The notes under the pieces are model-generated. The model did not search any database, was not told the origin of the DNA, and saw only the letters and a list, made by a program, of their open reading frames with translations. Both the position numbers and the translations under genes were made by a program. Positions 21,385-24,933 of a stretch of 24,933 bases of DNA are shown one piece after another. The first letter of the stretch is position 1; each line of letters starts with the position of its first letter. The DNA comes from Octopus sinensis (taxonomy: Eukaryota): the NCBI RefSeq assembly GCF_006345805.1, contig NW_021836112.1:1-24933 (forward strand), written 5' to 3'.

Positions 21385-21424
21385 TTCTTCTTGTCCTTCT
21401 TCTACTTCATCTTCTTCTTCTTCT

Positions 21425-21455
<31 letters not shown>

Positions 21456-22156
21456 TTTCTTCTTTTTCTTCTTTTTCTTCTACTCTTCTTCTTCTTCTTC
21501 TTGTCCTTCTCCTTCTCTTTCTTCTCATTCTTCTTCTTCTACTCCTTCTTAACTTCTTCCTCTTCTTTTCTTCTTTTCTTCTTTTCTTCTTCTCTCCTTC
21601 TTCTCCTTCTCCTTCTACCTCTCCTTTTTCTTCTTTTCTTCTTCTCTCCTTCTTCTTTCTCTTTCTTTTTCTCCTTCTTCTTCCTCTTCTTCTTCTCCTT
21701 CGTCTTCTTCTTCTCCTCTTTCTTCTTATTCTTCTTCTTCTCCTTCTCCTTCTACCTCTCCTTCTTCTTCTTCTTCTTCTTCTTCTCCTTCTTCTCCTTA
21801 TTTTTCTTCTTCTTCTCTTCCTCCTTCTCTTCCTCCTCCTCATCCTTCTTCTTCTATTCTTCCTCCTCCTCTTCTACCTTCACCTCCTTTTTCTTCTTCG
21901 TTTTCTTCTTCTACTCTTCTTCTTCTTCCACCTTCTCCTTCTTCTCCTTCTCCTTCCTCTTCCTTTTCCCCCTCCTCCTTCTTCTCCTTCTCCTCCTTCT
22001 TAACTTCTTCTTCTTCTCCTTCCCCTTCCTCCTCCTTCTTCTTCTCCTCCTCCTCCTCCTTCTTAACTTCTTCTTCTTCTTCTTCTCCTTCCTCTTCCTC
22101 CTCCTTCTTCTTCTTCTCCTCCTTCTTAACTTCTTCCTCTTCTTCTTCTTCTTCTA
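21335..22156. repeat. ~820-bp (TTC/CTC/CTT)n polypyrimidine tract
   Basis: Almost no G and few A on the + strand; source of the poly-S/L/F and poly-R/E pseudo-ORFs. Confidence 0.97.
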
Positions 22157-22389
22157 AAACAGCAGTAGCAGCAGCGGCGGCAAATTGTATTTACCTTTTC
22201 TGATGCTGTCTCTCTTCGATTCTCCATTGATATTATTGATGTTGTCATCGTTGTCTATCCATGACATTTGTACAGATTCTCGAATACCGTATTCATGTTT
22301 GAGACAAATATCGCGACGATTCGTAATGAAAGGTTTCCTGGAATTCAATATAGTGACTCCCACGCCAAACATAAATTTGTTCATGCCAC

Positions 22390-22441
22390 ATGTATGCGTG
22401 TATGTCTGTGTGCGTGTGATTGTGTGTTTGTGTGTGAACGT

Positions 22442-22472
<31 letters not shown>

Positions 22473-22610
22473 AGTATGTGCGTGCGTGTGTGTGTGTTGC
22501 AAGATATGTGACCATAGTTGAATTCATGCTTCCATGATTGTATGTGTACGAATGCGTGTTATGTGTGTGCGAGCGGGTGTATACGCATGTGCATACATGA
22601 GCACGCATGT
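22390..22610. repeat. Degenerate (TG)n microsatellite
   Basis: Directly visible. Confidence 0.9.
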
Positions 22611-22713
22611 GAGTAAAGAGTCTATTTGTAAAAATCTTGTTGGGTGGTCACTTCCTTGGGTTTATTGTTTCCCTGACAGGAATACATATGTACGTGCTTA
22701 TATATACATATAT

Positions 22714-22954
22714 GGCGGCGAGCTGGCAGAAACGTTAGCACGCCGGGCTAAATGCGTAGCCGTATTTCGTCTACCGTTACGTTCTGAGTTCAAATTCCGC
22801 CGAGGTCGACTTTGCCTTTCATCTTTTCGGGGTCGATAAATTAAGTACCAGTTACGCACTGGGGTCGATATAATCGACTTAATCCGTTTGTCTGTCCTTG
22901 TCTGTCCTTGTTTGTCCCCTCTGTGTTTAGCCCCTTGTGGGTAGTAAAGAAATA
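22714..22954 (+). mobile_element. SINE family B, full-length monomer with tail 1
   Basis: GGCGGCGAGCTGGCAGAAACG...GGGTAGTAAAGAAATA; has a small GTCTGTCCTT duplication in the tail. Confidence 0.92.
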
Positions 22955-23027
22955 TATATGTATTTTATGCATCCATACACACACACACACACACACACAC
23001 ACAAGTATTTATTTAAATATATGTATA

Positions 23028-23425
23028 GGCGTAGGAGTAGCTGTGTGGTAAGTAGCTTGTTTACCAACCACATAGTTCCGGGTTCAGTCCCACTGCGTGG
23101 TACCTTGGGCAAGTGTCTTCTACTATAGCCTCGGGCCGACCAAAACCTTGTGAGTTGATTTGATAGACAGAAACTGAAAGAATCCCGTCGCATATATGTA
23201 TGTGTGTATATATGTTTGTGTGTCTGTGTTTGTCCACCCAACGTCACTTGACAACCGATGTTGGTGTGTTTCCGTCCCCGTAACTTAGTGGTTCGGAAAA
23301 AGACTGATAGAATAAGTACTAGGCTTCCAAAGAATAAGTCCTGGGGTCGATTTGCTCGACTAAAGGCGGTGCTCCAGCATGACCGCAGTCAAATGACTGA
23401 AACAAGTAAAAGCGAAAAAGAGAGA
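23028..23425 (+). mobile_element. SINE family A, full length
   Basis: GGCGTAGGAGTAGCTGTGTGGTAAG...GTCAAATGACTGAAACAAGTAAAAG. Confidence 0.92.
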
Positions 23426-23550
23426 ATGCATATATATATATATATGTATATACATACACATACACACACGCAATCATATGCATGCGTATATTTATGTATG
23501 AGTCCATGCATGTGTGAATGTGTATATGTATGTATGTATGTGTATGTATG

Positions 23551-23581
<31 letters not shown>

Positions 23582-23842
23582 GTGACTACAAAGCTTGATT
23601 CTGCAATTCCCTGAAGAATTAATCTCTAAAGACACCGTATGATCGATGATCTGCCACATTTTGTCAAGCGAATATTACTTCGTTCAGCATATTTCTGTCA
23701 TTTCGCACAATATCTGCATAATAATGAAACCGTATCGTCGCATTTGTATTATGAAAGATTATCAGAACCATAGCAACAATACGCTGATGTAAAAATACTG
23801 CGTGCGATATTGTTATGTCAAAAAATTATGTTGTATAATTTA

Positions 23843-24003
23843 GGCGTAGGAGTGGCTGTGTGGTAAGTAGTTTGCTTACGATCTACATGGTTCCGGATTC
23901 AGTCCCACTACGTGGCATCTTGGGCAAGTGACTTCTACTATAGCCTCGGCCGACCAAAGCCTTGTGAGGGGATTTGGCAGATGAAAACTGAAAGAAACCC
24001 GTA
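23843..24003 (+). mobile_element. SINE family A 5' half
   Basis: GGCGTAGGAGTGGCTGTGTGGTAAG...AAACTGAAAGAAACCCG. Confidence 0.88.
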
Positions 24004-24210
24004 GTACGTGACCTCGTGTGTACCGTTGACGATTTTTTTCCTGTCTTCCCTTCTCTGGATCTTTCCTTCTCCTATGTTTCCGACGAAAAGCTCCGCTCGA
24101 AACGTTGAACCCTCCTTTTTTCCATCTTTCCTAAGCGTTCAATAATACTATGTTTTTCCACGTCCTCGCGTTGTTGTAGGTTTTTTTGTGCTTTCTTGTT
24201 TGGATTAACT
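24004..24210 (+). mobile_element. Penelope-like element terminal (pLTR) fragment
   Basis: Pyrimidine-rich segment containing the hammerhead-type motif at 24076-24110. Penelope-like elements are known to carry minimal hammerheads in their terminal repeats. No RT or GIY-YIG is visible. Confidence 0.5.
24076..24110 (+). ncRNA. Degenerate minimal type I hammerhead ribozyme
   Basis: GTTT-CCGACGA-A-AAGC-TCC-GCTC-GAAA-CGT-T-GAAC: stem I GTTT/GAAC, core CUGANGA with U4C, stem II (G>A)AGC/GCTC, GAAA, and palindromic ACGT in place of stem III. Confidence 0.55.
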
Positions 24211-24933
24211 TTATATATATATATAGAAAAAGTCTTTTACATTTCGAGCCTACGCTCTTCTACTGAAAGGGACACAGAAAAAAACAAGGAGAGAAAAAAT
24301 GTAGTGGCTAACGATCTATGTATGTATGTAGTAAATATATATATATGCCTATATTGGTGCAGAGCGTCACCAACTATATAAACAACATGAAATACAAAAA
24401 CAAACGAGTTACATACACAAACAATGAGAGAGAAAACATGGAAAACAGGCCGAGTAAGCACAGAGAACGATGCTTCATCAGTTTTCGGCTGTCTATCTAC
24501 TCCTCATTTCGAGCACTCAACGACAATATGGGTCTTCAAAGACAGTTGCTCCCGTAAATTCCAAAATAAAATTTAGGATTTACGGAGTGTCAAATTTGGG
24601 AACATAAACAGGACGTTGAACACATACAAAGAAGCCGAACGAAAAGAAACACGGAGGTTCGTTAGACCAGAACGACACGAAAACAGTGATGGATGGGAGA
24701 AATATTTTCTTTGAAAAGAGAAAATACAAAAGAAAGAAAACGTCCAGTCCTTTGAACGTCCGTGCACAAAATGAAAGATGGCCACGTAAAGAAAAAAGGA
24801 TGGATGTTGGTCACGTGTGAGCAACCTGAGAAAGAAAAAGTGCGAGAGAGAGAGAGACATGCACACAGAGAAACGGGTGGAGGGGAGAAAAAGGACTTAG
24901 AAAAGGCTGAAGGAAGAAAACAGTTATATTATT

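Noticed and set aside
21220-22157. 207-229-aa poly-Arg/Glu and poly-Ser/Leu/Phe ORFs
   Set aside because: Translations of the (TTC)n tract in several frames on both strands.

Overview
Repeat-saturated, AT-rich eukaryotic DNA. The SINE families and microsatellite style point to an octopus or other coleoid cephalopod (inference). I find no supportable host protein-coding gene, true tRNA/rRNA gene or CRISPR array, and most ORF-track entries are translations of microsatellites or SINEs. The window is a layered transposon graveyard: about 20 copies of four tRNA-derived SINE families; decayed RTE and R4/Dong-like LINE 3' ends; an L1/Tx1-type ORF1 region with no ORF2; a truncated Mag-type Gypsy element (LTR, tRNA-Ser PBS, gag, protease); mariner and hAT transposase relics; a Tc1/mariner MITE; a Helentron/Lep1-like non-autonomous element; and a Penelope-like fragment. 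The least explained structures are: (1) a 220-bp copy of the MITE/R4-tail junction from ~13.4-13.8 kb inserted 7 kb away between perfect 80-bp direct repeats; (2) a degenerate minimal hammerhead ribozyme at 24076-24110; (3) a 312-bp near-perfect hairpin whose arms differ almost only by indels; (4) an unassigned ~270-bp tandem dimer with conserved GT-AG intron-like signals; (5) SINE multimers with a fixed junction. All family assignments come from manual translation and recalled consensus motifs, not database searches.
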